Source: a virus (taxonomy: Duplodnaviria; Caudoviricetes). From it: a stretch of DNA of 64,000 nucleotides. The DNA lies in the IMG/VR virus record IMGVR_UViG_3300011862_000001, positions 128,001 through 192,000 of that record; one strand, given 5' to 3'. Below the pieces are notes generated by a model that was not told the origin of the DNA, did not search any database, and saw nothing but the letters and a program-made list of their open reading frames with translations. A program made the translations under genes and the position numbers. Shown one piece after another: positions 18,548 through 26,800 of this stretch (within the stretch, counting starts at the first letter, position 1; every line of letters starts with the position of its first letter).

Positions 18548-19183
18548 ATGACGGTACATCGCAGCGTCCCCTACTCACCGGGTTCGCGATACACCTTTGC
18601 AGTTAAACGTTTTGGGTTTTGTAATCGTCCTGGTTGGAAAGTGATTCGTATTGCGGGTACCTTCTGGCAACTCCCTCCGGGTATTGAAGAACACTTCGGT
18701 ATCGAGCAAATCGAACGCTTCTTAGCACTCGCCGACCGGCGTCAGTTGGCCAGTTGGGCCGACACCGGCAAAGCGCGTGATGCATCGAAAACCCGCAATG
18801 CCACTGTGCCCGGTGTGTACTGGACAGGTCAGCATTGTTTCCAGGTTGGGCCTGAGCCTGAGAAGTGTGTAGTGGAACCGTTTAATGAAATGATTGACGG
18901 CGAAATCTTCACCGGTATCAAAGTCTGTTTCCCAACCAGGCCTGAGCAGAATTATCTGCTGGCAACGTTGCGAGATGTCACGCTGTCTACTTTCTACAAG
19001 TATCTCCTGTTTTACAACCGCCTGGTGTATTTTCATCCGGTACAGGAGGACTGGTCTTATCGTCACTCCATGCCGTATGGGCGCAACAGGAGACTTGCCG
19101 GATGTTCTATACTGAACTTGCCAACTACACCGCCGCCTTGCGCGCCGGTACCACCAAGCATGACGCCTCTTTTGACGACGTAA
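18548..19183 (+). CDS. hypothetical protein
   Basis: 211 aa; GAGG RBS. Confidence 0.65.
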   Translation: MTVHRSVPYSPGSRYTFAVKRFGFCNRPGWKVIRIAGTFWQLPPGIEEHFGIEQIERFLALADRRQLASWADTGKARDASKTRNATVPGVYWTGQHCFQVGPEPEKCVVEPFNEMIDGEIFTGIKVCFPTRPEQNYLLATLRDVTLSTFYKYLLFYNRLVYFHPVQEDWSYRHSMPYGRNRRLAGCSILNLPTTPPPCAPVPPSMTPLLTT

Positions 19184-19470
19184 AGCAAGCGTTATCCCAC
19201 TTCCCGGAACTCGATGTTGCGGTTCATACCGCACACGTTCTGGGTAATACCATGCTGGCGGAAATCACTTTCACCACGCCACACGGCTCCATTGAACTGC
19301 GGTATCGTTATAGTCCTGACTACTTTTTATTGTTGCCAGGCAAAGTACGCCACGAGGGACATGTATATCCTGTGAGATGGTGGAACGATATTAACAAGTT
19401 CACGTACGCGCTGACAGAACACCGTCAGACCGTGCACGACTTTATGCGAGCCGTGAACGACGGTTTCTAA
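19102..19470 (+). CDS. hypothetical protein
   Basis: AGGAG RBS upstream; overlaps the previous ORF by 82 nt. Confidence 0.6.
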   Translation: MFYTELANYTAALRAGTTKHDASFDDVKQALSHFPELDVAVHTAHVLGNTMLAEITFTTPHGSIELRYRYSPDYFLLLPGKVRHEGHVYPVRWWNDINKFTYALTEHRQTVHDFMRAVNDGF

Positions 19471-19481
19471 GAGAGCGAAAG

Positions 19482-20081
19482 ATGCCAGAAATGATTTTAG
19501 ATTCATTATTTCTGATCACCAGCGCCTATATCAGCAAGCACAAAAAGTTACCGGTTCAGGTTTGCGTACGCCGTAAAGGGGTAAGTCGCCTATACCACAT
19601 GACGACCGTGCTGGATATTGCCTGCAAAGTGACAGGAATGGACAAACCCAAAAGCCTTAACCGATTTAACCACATTCGTGGGATTCTTCACAAGGCGGTG
19701 TGTGTGGTGTACCGAATGCGTCGGGACTCACCGTATCGCTTTTTGTTGAAAGACGGTGTGGCGGTCAGTGACTACCGGGAAAACCTGGTAGACTTGCGTG
19801 ACGACTACTGTAATGTTTGCGGCATGGGCCGTGAGCGTCTGGTAGCAGTCGCACAGGGAACCTCGCGTGCCCCTACCCAACAAGAAGCCGAAGCCGCTAT
19901 CGAGATGATGCGTCGTGCGGAGTTGGTGGTGGTGAATACGGAAAAAGAAGCTTACCGTCTTCAGCACTATTTGGCAGAACGCGCACTGACTCCTATCGTG
20001 GTACACCATGCAGCGGTTGCAGGATTGGAACTTCCGAAAACGGAAGGCCAGTGGTCTGAACCGACAGTGGTGCACCAATGA
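19482..20081 (+). CDS. hypothetical protein
   Basis: 199 aa; followed by a terminator. Confidence 0.7.
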   Translation: MPEMILDSLFLITSAYISKHKKLPVQVCVRRKGVSRLYHMTTVLDIACKVTGMDKPKSLNRFNHIRGILHKAVCVVYRMRRDSPYRFLLKDGVAVSDYRENLVDLRDDYCNVCGMGRERLVAVAQGTSRAPTQQEAEAAIEMMRRAELVVVNTEKEAYRLQHYLAERALTPIVVHHAAVAGLELPKTEGQWSEPTVVHQ

Positions 20082-20084
20082 GCA

Positions 20085-20122
20085 GTACCCACCCTTCGGG
20101 GTGGGTACATCTTATATTTTTT
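20085..20122 (+). terminator. intrinsic terminator
   Basis: GTACCCACCC-TTCG-GGGTGGGTAC plus T-rich tract. Confidence 0.8.
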
Positions 20123-20123
20123 C

Positions 20124-20144
20124 GAATAGATATTATTTAGGTGA
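20124..20144 (+). promoter_or_regulatory. phiKZ-type early promoter motif
   Basis: GAATAGATATTATTTAGGTGA. Confidence 0.7.
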
Positions 20145-20186
20145 GAATACATCCTATTCTTTTACCAGACTATCGAGGAAGTCGTT

Positions 20187-20921
20187 ATGTTAAAGAAAAC
20201 CGTGGGTCGCAATATCAGTGAGGTGTTGGAGAACCCGTTTCTGGAACTGGTGTATCATTTAGAAATTCCTGGCAACCCGTGGGCGGCGTATTACTTTACC
20301 GATAACCGACCGAAGAATAGCGCATGTGGGGTGTTGGTTGAACGCCGTAGCGGCAGAATAATCCACCGCTTGAATAAGGCGGTGTCCGGCAGTACAAAAC
20401 GTAAACCCATCTTCATGCCCTACTCGTTTGTCTTCAATCTCGAGGAAGAGATACACCACTACTTCTTTCAACATGCTTGTGGTGATATTGATTTGGTGAA
20501 CGCTTTAGAGAAACGCGACAAAGTGATGATAAAAACTCTCGACCCGTTCTTCTATACCCTACTCGATCTCTATCAACGCGCAGCGTATCTGCAATGGCCC
20601 ACCGAGAAGTTTGAACAGTGGCCGACATTCCGTACACTAACCTCGACCATCTCCACCACCATTATGGTGAACGGGATACGACGCTGGGTGCAGGTGACCC
20701 GTTCATTGGAAATGCGTTACGTCAATAAGAGTGTGGAGTTTGTGGTGAACTTTGGTTTTCCCAGTTGGCGTAGTGGCACCTTCGCGGCCACTATCAACCG
20801 CCAGTATAACTTAAAGGAACTGCCGACGGTGAAACAGTTTGTAGACGACCCGCGACACCAACCGATTTATGAACTCGTTTTTCGTGATTACGATGAACGT
20901 GTCCCGCCTAAAAAGCGGTGA
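20187..20921 (+). CDS. paralog 1 of tandem ~240-aa family, function unknown
   Basis: Shares LxxExxxYFF..D..DP and C-terminal INRQYNLKELPT with four neighbours. Confidence 0.8.
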   Translation: MLKKTVGRNISEVLENPFLELVYHLEIPGNPWAAYYFTDNRPKNSACGVLVERRSGRIIHRLNKAVSGSTKRKPIFMPYSFVFNLEEEIHHYFFQHACGDIDLVNALEKRDKVMIKTLDPFFYTLLDLYQRAAYLQWPTEKFEQWPTFRTLTSTISTTIMVNGIRRWVQVTRSLEMRYVNKSVEFVVNFGFPSWRSGTFAATINRQYNLKELPTVKQFVDDPRHQPIYELVFRDYDERVPPKKR

Positions 20922-20926
20922 TTTTA

Positions 20927-20948
20927 TACAGTAGCAATCATCTTTATG
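20927..20948 (+). promoter_or_regulatory. TAC-N15-TATG candidate promoter
   Basis: TAC 20927-29 and TATG 20945-48; the final G is the first base of the pseudoknot. Confidence 0.5.
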
Positions 20949-20973
20949 CCGTTGTGCGTCGGTTAAAACGCAT
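20948..20973 (+). ncRNA. 26-nt H-type pseudoknot leader element, copy 1
   Basis: GCCG-TT-GTGCGT-CGGT-TAAA-ACGCAT; S1 GCCG/CGGT, S2 GTGCGT/ACGCAT; ends 25 nt before ATG. Confidence 0.7.
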
Positions 20974-20998
20974 CACCCTTAACTAAGAGAGAACTATC

Positions 20999-21748
20999 AT
21001 GTTGACACATTTCGATATCGTTTCAAACACTACCGGTAAACGTTTGGAAGTTCGCGAGTCCCACGTTAAAGCCAATCATCCCAACATCGTACGATTAAGC
21101 CTATCCCTCGTAGATGTGGTGTCCGGTGAAACGAAACCGTTGACAACATCCCCCCGCTTAAACATTCAGCTGTCGCCCGAAGCTAATGCCCAGCGTGTCT
21201 TGATGGCCATTAAGAACGAAGCCAGTATCCAGTTCTTCAAACTGGTAGCCCGTAAGCCCGAGGCCATCAGCGCGTATCACGAAAAAGACTGGACGACCCT
21301 GTCTCGACTGGCCCCGCTGTTTGCTCAGCTGCTGGACTTCGTACAGATTTACAGCCGGATGCTCGGTGCGGCGCACTCCGGTGACCCGTTCGATTTCCAG
21401 CCACTGGGCAAGATGGACTTGCGTGCATCACACAACCACGTTCCGTTGAAGGTGAGTTGTGACATGATGATGGTGGAAGGCCGGACGTCTGACCGTGTCC
21501 GGGTGACGTACGCGTTCTCCCTGGACGGCGTCGCGGTTAAAAGGCTGCGTGAAAACGGACAGCTGACGCTGAGGTACACGTATCCCGTGGCTGAATGGCC
21601 GAGTATAAAAGTGTTTATGGAAGAAGAACGTGTGCAACGTATTCTGGATGCCTGGCTCCCTCCGTCCCGTATGGAATCTCCGCATGCGTCGAAGGCAATG
21701 ATGCCGACGGGGGAAGTCACCAAAGACCGGCCGAGCGATCAAGAATAA
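20999..21748 (+). CDS. paralog 2 of tandem ~240-aa family
   Basis: IKNEASIQFF..D..AP; LTLRYTYPVAEWPS. Confidence 0.8.
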   Translation: MLTHFDIVSNTTGKRLEVRESHVKANHPNIVRLSLSLVDVVSGETKPLTTSPRLNIQLSPEANAQRVLMAIKNEASIQFFKLVARKPEAISAYHEKDWTTLSRLAPLFAQLLDFVQIYSRMLGAAHSGDPFDFQPLGKMDLRASHNHVPLKVSCDMMMVEGRTSDRVRVTYAFSLDGVAVKRLRENGQLTLRYTYPVAEWPSIKVFMEEERVQRILDAWLPPSRMESPHASKAMMPTGEVTKDRPSDQE

Positions 21749-21759
21749 CCGAAGTAGTA

Positions 21760-21792
21760 AAACAGGCGACCGTCGGGTCGCCTGTTTATTTT
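21760..21792 (+). terminator. terminator-like hairpin
   Basis: AAACAGGCGACC-GTCG-GGTCGCCTGTTT then ATTTT. Confidence 0.75.
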
Positions 21793-21794
21793 AA

Positions 21795-21820
21795 ACCGTC
21801 GAGCCCCGGTCAAGAGGCTC
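21795..21820 (+). ncRNA. 26-nt H-type pseudoknot leader element, copy 2
   Basis: ACCG-TC-GAGCC-C-CGGT-CAAGA-GGCTC; ends 24 nt before ATG. Confidence 0.7.
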
Positions 21821-21844
21821 CTAACTAACAGAGAGTAAAAACCC

Positions 21845-22576
21845 ATGATTAAATACGACGTAGAAAAAGCAGCCCAGTTCCTGGACGGTAAGAATGTGAA
21901 AATCGTCCGTGAGTTTGTGGCTGACCGCGACTCCAATAATCGCCTGTTGGTGTTGCACTACACCCGTACCACTGGCACGGTCTCTACTCAAGCCGCGCTG
22001 TTATATCCTAACCACGCTATCGGTCTGATGAAACTGGATATGTTTCGCAGTGTGGTTGCGAATATTGAAGAGTGGTCGGATTTGGACAGGGTTTGTGAGA
22101 TGCTACGGGCAGAAATATCGCGTTACTTTTTCGTGAGGCTTGCCCGCTCGCGTGACGATATGGTGTTGTTTCGCCACGACCAGGCCCGACTGTTACAGGT
22201 GCGGTTCTTCCTTCGTCAACTCGCTGAATTAAACCGGGTGGTGTTGGCAGCGATTGACAACCCACGTACCCCCGTTGGGGTAAACGAACGGGAAACCGGG
22301 TTACCTGACCGGTTGTTCTGGTCAGACGAGTGTCGGGGGAACCTCGATGGTGAAGTGTACCACATTCGTCGGACACTTAGTCACAACAACGTACCGAACC
22401 TTTTAATAACGGACGGTGACAAAATTAATCGTCACTGCTTTGCCGATATTCGGATTTCGGGACGGGGTGGACGGAGCTTGTGCGTCGAGAAAACCTACCC
22501 ACTGACCATTTGGCCGACGGGGGACGATGTGTTGAAAGAGTACGCTGAATCCGTTCGCCGAATGAATAACAATTAA
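21845..22576 (+). CDS. paralog 3 of tandem ~240-aa family
   Basis: LRAEISRYFF; LCVEKTYPLTIWPT. Confidence 0.8.
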   Translation: MIKYDVEKAAQFLDGKNVKIVREFVADRDSNNRLLVLHYTRTTGTVSTQAALLYPNHAIGLMKLDMFRSVVANIEEWSDLDRVCEMLRAEISRYFFVRLARSRDDMVLFRHDQARLLQVRFFLRQLAELNRVVLAAIDNPRTPVGVNERETGLPDRLFWSDECRGNLDGEVYHIRRTLSHNNVPNLLITDGDKINRHCFADIRISGRGGRSLCVEKTYPLTIWPTGDDVLKEYAESVRRMNNN

Positions 22577-22582
22577 TGACCC

Positions 22583-22611
22583 AGGCGACCTTCGGGTCGC
22601 CTCTTTATTTT
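22583..22611 (+). terminator. terminator-like hairpin
   Basis: AGGCGACC-TTCG-GGTCGCCT then CTTTATTTT; near-copy of the hairpin at 21760. Confidence 0.75.
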
Positions 22612-22613
22612 AA

Positions 22614-22639
22614 AACCGATACGTGCCGGTTAAGCACGT
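22614..22639 (+). ncRNA. 26-nt H-type pseudoknot leader element, copy 3
   Basis: AACCG-AT-ACGTGC-CGGTT-AA-GCACGT; ends 25 nt before the ATG at 22665. Confidence 0.75.
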
Positions 22640-22664
22640 CTATACTCTCAATAGGAGAAAAGTT

Positions 22665-23321
22665 ATGAAAGCCACTTACGCCAAAATCGGTATGGAGTTT
22701 ACCAAGTTACTCGCGCTCCCTCGTGTGAAGGAGATGGAGCTACCGACTGTTTATCTCGGTAAGGCGACGGTACACTTGATGTACGATAAACTGGAGACGA
22801 TTTATTTTGTGGTCGCGGTCGAGGATGGGGTTATCGTACGACTGTTCCATCGTTGTAAACGCCCGCACGCCCGTCCTAACGACGCACGTCTTGCTCGGCG
22901 TAATATCCTGCGTGATGAATGTGCTATGTATTTCTTTAAGCATATTGTCAGGAACGATACCAAGTTCGAACGGTTTATGGCCAAAGACCGTACTGCCCTT
23001 AAACTGCGCGACAACATGTACTTCAAGCTGCGTGAAGCGCATATCGCCACCCACGTCGGCACAGCCGCCCACCAGGAAGATGTGTGGGAAGTACCGAGTT
23101 GGGCAGGAAGAATGCAGGCCGTGATTAACGGTATCCCCATCTCGTTCTTTCGCCGTATCACCTTCTCACGCATGACCGGGGTGGTTACCGTCACCCACGA
23201 ATTTAGACGCACCAACGACAGTGAGTTAATCCTCAAAAAAGAATATCCCGATCGTCAGTGGCAGACCTCAAAAGTGCTGCTCGCCGAATGGGATATCCTG
23301 ACGTTGTTGAAACTGGCTTAA
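22665..23321 (+). CDS. paralog 4 of tandem ~240-aa family
   Basis: AGGAG RBS puts the start at 22665; LRDECAMYFF; LILKKEYPDRQWQT. Confidence 0.8.
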   Translation: MKATYAKIGMEFTKLLALPRVKEMELPTVYLGKATVHLMYDKLETIYFVVAVEDGVIVRLFHRCKRPHARPNDARLARRNILRDECAMYFFKHIVRNDTKFERFMAKDRTALKLRDNMYFKLREAHIATHVGTAAHQEDVWEVPSWAGRMQAVINGIPISFFRRITFSRMTGVVTVTHEFRRTNDSELILKKEYPDRQWQTSKVLLAEWDILTLLKLA

Positions 23322-23328
23322 ACTAACC

Positions 23329-23349
23329 GGCGGTGGCAACACCGCCTTT
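23329..23349 (+). terminator. GNRA hairpin, weak terminator-like
   Basis: GGCGGTG-GCAA-CACCGCC-TTT. Confidence 0.55.
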
Positions 23350-23352
23350 CCC

Positions 23353-23378
23353 TCCGATGCACACCGGATAAAGTGTGC
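23353..23378 (+). ncRNA. 26-nt H-type pseudoknot leader element, copy 4
   Basis: TCCG-AT-GCACAC-CGGA-TAAA-GTGTGC; compensatory T-A pair in S1; ends 23 nt before ATG. Confidence 0.75.
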
Positions 23379-23401
23379 CACACCCAAAAAAGGTAAAATA
23401 A

Positions 23402-24139
23402 ATGAACGTTGAAATTCTGCTTCGTCAAGCTATCAAAGATGTGATGTTACAGTCCGACTACACCCATGTGTTTACTCTCGATGCCCCGAACAGTGATTAC
23501 ACGGCGCACTACTTTGTGGGCCAGACGGACACGAACGATGCGCGTGGGGTATTGGTCAATAAAGCCACCGGTATTATCGATATGGTGATGGACAACTTTA
23601 ACTACAAGCGCTTAAACGCTGCCAAAGAAAAAGTCTGGATGCCCCGTTCGTTTAACCGTTCGCTTTATGAGAATGCCGCTGAGCGCTTTTTCCGCAACCA
23701 TGCCAACAACCAAGATTTTATTCTCGGCTTGATTGAGCAAGATGAAGAAAAAATTAAACGCTACGACCCGCTGCTCCACGCGTGCCTGGTTCTGTGGGGT
23801 GTGTGTCGCGATCATGACACCGGTCGCCCACAAGGCTTCTATCCACCGCGAATGGTGCAGTGGAACAGTACGCCGCGTATGCCGGTGCCGTACGAACACT
23901 TTATCCGGGTTGAGCGTAAGCTCACCATGGAGCTTTCTCGCAGCACCGTCGAATACCCCACAGTGGAAGTCTGTATGACCTTCCGGGGTCGTCATGTGCG
24001 GGACGTAAAACGGGGAGTCGGTAAACTCACCTTAACCCGTAACTTCCGTGGCGGCTGGGATAATACCCAACGCTTTGTGACCGACCCACGTAACAACCAA
24101 TACATCGAGCTATTCCTACAGGAAATCAGACTCGACTAA
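23402..24139 (+). CDS. paralog 5 of tandem ~240-aa family
   Basis: LYENAAERFF..QD..YDP; FVTDPR (cf. paralog 1 FVDDPR). Confidence 0.8.
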   Translation: MNVEILLRQAIKDVMLQSDYTHVFTLDAPNSDYTAHYFVGQTDTNDARGVLVNKATGIIDMVMDNFNYKRLNAAKEKVWMPRSFNRSLYENAAERFFRNHANNQDFILGLIEQDEEKIKRYDPLLHACLVLWGVCRDHDTGRPQGFYPPRMVQWNSTPRMPVPYEHFIRVERKLTMELSRSTVEYPTVEVCMTFRGRHVRDVKRGVGKLTLTRNFRGGWDNTQRFVTDPRNNQYIELFLQEIRLD

Positions 24140-24146
24140 CCTTAGC

Positions 24147-24180
24147 AGGTACCCTTCGGGGTACCTTCTTTTTTTTGTTT
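24147..24180 (+). terminator. intrinsic terminator closing the paralog array
   Basis: AGGTACCC-TTCG-GGGTACCT plus long T-tract. Confidence 0.85.
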
Positions 24181-24202
24181 TACAGGTTGTGTACATTATG
24201 TG
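24181..24202 (+). promoter_or_regulatory. TAC-N15-TRTG candidate promoter
   Basis: TAC 24181-83 and TATGTG 24197-202, upstream of tmk. Confidence 0.5.
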
Positions 24203-24234
24203 AACGAACCACCGCTTTACATTAGGGGAACATA

Positions 24235-24885
24235 ATGACGTTAACCGTGGCCTTTGACGGCCCAGATACTTCCGGTAAATCCACACTGGTTGCGAAAGTA
24301 AAAAAAGTTTTAGAAAGTATTGGTTTGCGGGTCGGGATGGTTAACCATCCGTCGTCCGCCTCCGAGACTGGTCAATTCGCTCGTCGCCAACTGGTGATGG
24401 GGATGAACGATGCTGTTGTGGCTCAGGCCATGTGCAAAGATTTTGAATACACGTTACAGTTTATCGTCCCGCAGTACGACGTGGTACTGCTAGATCGCTG
24501 GGCACCCGTGACCATCGCCAATCAGGGCGAAGCGGGTAAAGAAGAAGTGTTTCGCAGCAATATCTGTAATCTCGAAGGCGCACCGCAGATTTATGTCTCG
24601 ATGCAAGTCGATTACGAGACTGCCGTTAAACGCACTCAGAAGCGTCTGGCAGAGCAGGGCGTTGACTGGGATGAATCGGTCAGTGCGAAATTGTTCGTCT
24701 CACCTGAAGCGTGGCAGGCAGCCTGTGAGCGTTATAAGTACGCTTTCCAGATACTCACCGAAGGCGGCAACAAGTTCGACTGGTTGCAGTTTGACGAAAC
24801 CTCTGATCCGGCTATGACGACACTGACTATCGCGACGCACATTGCTGAGCGTTGGGCACGTACCCAGAAAGCAGTCGCGGCGTAA
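24235..24885 (+). CDS. tmk: thymidylate (dTMP) kinase
   Basis: P-loop VAFDGPDTSGKST; LLDRW motif. Confidence 0.85.
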   Translation: MTLTVAFDGPDTSGKSTLVAKVKKVLESIGLRVGMVNHPSSASETGQFARRQLVMGMNDAVVAQAMCKDFEYTLQFIVPQYDVVLLDRWAPVTIANQGEAGKEEVFRSNICNLEGAPQIYVSMQVDYETAVKRTQKRLAEQGVDWDESVSAKLFVSPEAWQAACERYKYAFQILTEGGNKFDWLQFDETSDPAMTTLTIATHIAERWARTQKAVAA

Positions 24886-24891
24886 CAGCCA

Positions 24892-24927
24892 CCCCTTACC
24901 TTCGGGTAAGGGGCTTTTTTACTTTTT
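24892..24927 (+). terminator. intrinsic terminator
   Basis: CCCCTTACC-TTCG-GGTAAGGGG plus T-tract. Confidence 0.85.
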
Positions 24928-24949
24928 TACGCTAAGGTTAAGTGGTATG
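24928..24949 (+). promoter_or_regulatory. TAC-N15-TATG candidate promoter
   Basis: TAC 24928-30 and TATG 24946-49. Confidence 0.5.
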
Positions 24950-24961
24950 TAAAATAATCTC

Positions 24962-24982
24962 GGATATATATCATCTTGGTGA
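24962..24982 (+). promoter_or_regulatory. phiKZ-type early promoter motif
   Basis: GGATATATATCATCTTGGTGA followed by a small hairpin. Confidence 0.65.
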
Positions 24983-25026
24983 AGGTTGGAAATTGTCCAG
25001 CTTAAATCTGAAACCAAGGAGCATTT

Positions 25027-25299
25027 ATGATACCTATCCCCGATTGCAATAGCCCGGTGTTAGCCGAACGTTTACTTCAACTGCGTCTGTCAAATTGGAA
25101 GAAAGCGTTTTTAGCGAAATTAAAAACCCACACCGAACTTAGCCCTGAACAGCTTGGCATCTCCGAAGAGGCACTGTCAACCTACGCTGCTCAGGACTTC
25201 AACATCGATGAGCTGATTACCCAGCTCTACACGGATAACATTTTGAACTACGATACCACCGGCCGACCGACATGGTTGCGTCGCCTTTTCCGTAAATAA
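25027..25299 (+). CDS. hypothetical early protein
   Basis: 90 aa; AAGGAG RBS. Confidence 0.7.
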   Translation: MIPIPDCNSPVLAERLLQLRLSNWKKAFLAKLKTHTELSPEQLGISEEALSTYAAQDFNIDELITQLYTDNILNYDTTGRPTWLRRLFRK

Positions 25300-25355
25300 T
25301 ACCCGGCGTGAGAAAGTCACGCCATTATCCTACAACGACTATCAAGGACTATCTC

Positions 25356-25706
25356 ATGCGCAAACATCACCCTGCTGTACACAGTGCCAAAGAAACTTTT
25401 CTGATTCACCTTTCGTACATTCTGACTGACCTTAACAAACAGGTCACCCAGCGCGAGATTGCCAAATTGTGCCAAGTCTCCTACTCTACCCTGAACGCCG
25501 TGAAGAACGGCCACGGTAAGAATGTCTCGCTGGAAACAATGTTACGTATTGCCGATGCTATCCGTCTTAGCTATACCTTGACCCTGACCTCACGACTGGG
25601 CAAGCCACGCTACACGGTGGTTGCAGAATCCGGCTATCAATACATGAAGTCCCCGCACCGTATTAACATCGGTTCGCGTACGGGGCTGTCATTAGGTAAA
25701 CGTTAA
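25356..25706 (+). CDS. XRE/Cro-type HTH DNA-binding protein
   Basis: VTQREIAKLCQVSYSTLNAVKNG..SLETMLRIADAI; AAGGA RBS. Confidence 0.8.
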   Translation: MRKHHPAVHSAKETFLIHLSYILTDLNKQVTQREIAKLCQVSYSTLNAVKNGHGKNVSLETMLRIADAIRLSYTLTLTSRLGKPRYTVVAESGYQYMKSPHRINIGSRTGLSLGKR

Positions 25707-25716
25707 GGAGCAGATA

Positions 25717-26088
25717 ATGAAACCATTGCACATCCATGGCTATATCAAGCACGGCGTCACCGTCGGTGACAGTCGCTGTAAGCATTTGAAACCGGGGCAA
25801 ACTGCCCACCGTTTTATCATTCAGCAAACCGAGGCACGCAGTGACAAGCACTACCTGTGCCTGAGCTGCCATGAGTCTTTGGTGGATGAGCTCTACCACA
25901 ACAAAGTTACCTGTGTGGATTGTGGCTGTACGCTGACCCGTGCTGATGCTATCGGCTGGTCAGGTTATGACACCAATCCCCACGAACCGCAGATTTTCCT
26001 GTGTAACGAATGCGTCGGCGGTGTTATCCACTTAAACCGTATCGAACGCGATCGTCATGATTTCAACGCGCAATTCTTTGCACTCTAA
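25717..26088 (+). CDS. Cys-rich Zn-finger protein
   Basis: CKH, CLSC, CVDC, CNEC. Confidence 0.7.
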   Translation: MKPLHIHGYIKHGVTVGDSRCKHLKPGQTAHRFIIQQTEARSDKHYLCLSCHESLVDELYHNKVTCVDCGCTLTRADAIGWSGYDTNPHEPQIFLCNECVGGVIHLNRIERDRHDFNAQFFAL

Positions 26089-26109
26089 ACCATAAAGGAG
26101 TATTTACCC

Positions 26110-26760
26110 ATGGCTATTTCCCCAGGCAAAAAACGTACCGCTAAAGCAGTTCCGGCTCCGGCAGAGACCAAAGCACCACAGGCTCCGGTTGTCGAAGAAC
26201 AAACCGAAACGGTTACTGATCCATTACTGACACCACCACGCTTGGCGGTATTTGGTGAGGCGATCGTTGAGCTTACCCATACGCCGTTTAAGCTTACCGT
26301 GTATGCGGACAAAAACTCGCACACGTTCGTCGTGACCCACAACGGTAAACCGATTGCTACCACCCGTGCACTGCGCACGATGCGTATCAATACCCTGCCC
26401 CTGCATGTCGCCGCACTGGCGCGTCTGGCGGTGAACGAATCCGAATGTCACACCGGCCCGTATCTGGAAGCGGCAAGCTTCTTTGATAATCTTCTCCAGC
26501 CGTACGGTGAGTTCTCGTTCAGTCCGGTCGAACTCAACTATATCGACGGCGATCGTACCGGCTATGTGTGCTATCTGGGCGACCGTGTCGTTTACGATGA
26601 GCAATGTACGGCTGCGCAACAAGAAGTGTTGTTCCGTGCCGTCCAACCGGTGGCGCTCTATATTCGACGCCGCCTGCATGGCAACAGTAGCGAAAAAGAA
26701 AAGTCGCTCATTGATACCATCCACATGGACGGTCCCAAGACCCCAGCCGGTAGCTGGTAA
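26110..26760 (+). CDS. hypothetical protein
   Basis: 216 aa; AAGGAG RBS; Pro/Ala-rich N-terminus. Confidence 0.75.
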   Translation: MAISPGKKRTAKAVPAPAETKAPQAPVVEEQTETVTDPLLTPPRLAVFGEAIVELTHTPFKLTVYADKNSHTFVVTHNGKPIATTRALRTMRINTLPLHVAALARLAVNESECHTGPYLEAASFFDNLLQPYGEFSFSPVELNYIDGDRTGYVCYLGDRVVYDEQCTAAQQEVLFRAVQPVALYIRRRLHGNSSEKEKSLIDTIHMDGPKTPAGSW

Positions 26761-26766
26761 AGAATA

Positions 26767-26793
26767 AAGGGGAGGAAACTCCCCTTATTTTTT
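26767..26793 (+). terminator. intrinsic terminator
   Basis: AAGGGGAG-GAAA-CTCCCCTT plus T-tract. Confidence 0.8.
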
Positions 26794-26800
26794 CCCTTTT

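Noticed and set aside
21789-21820. TTTAAAC slippery heptamer next to a pseudoknot (possible -1 frameshift signal); similar TTTAAAA at 22609
   Set aside because: It lies after the upstream gene's stop in untranslated sequence and abuts the pseudoknot with no 5-9 nt spacer; copies 1 and 4 have no slippery site
20948-23378. Canonical type III TA (ToxIN) or CRISPR-like repeat array
   Set aside because: Elements are single, separated by whole genes and divergent in sequence, not tandem direct repeats; the proteins show no recognisable ToxN motif. Kept only as an analogy
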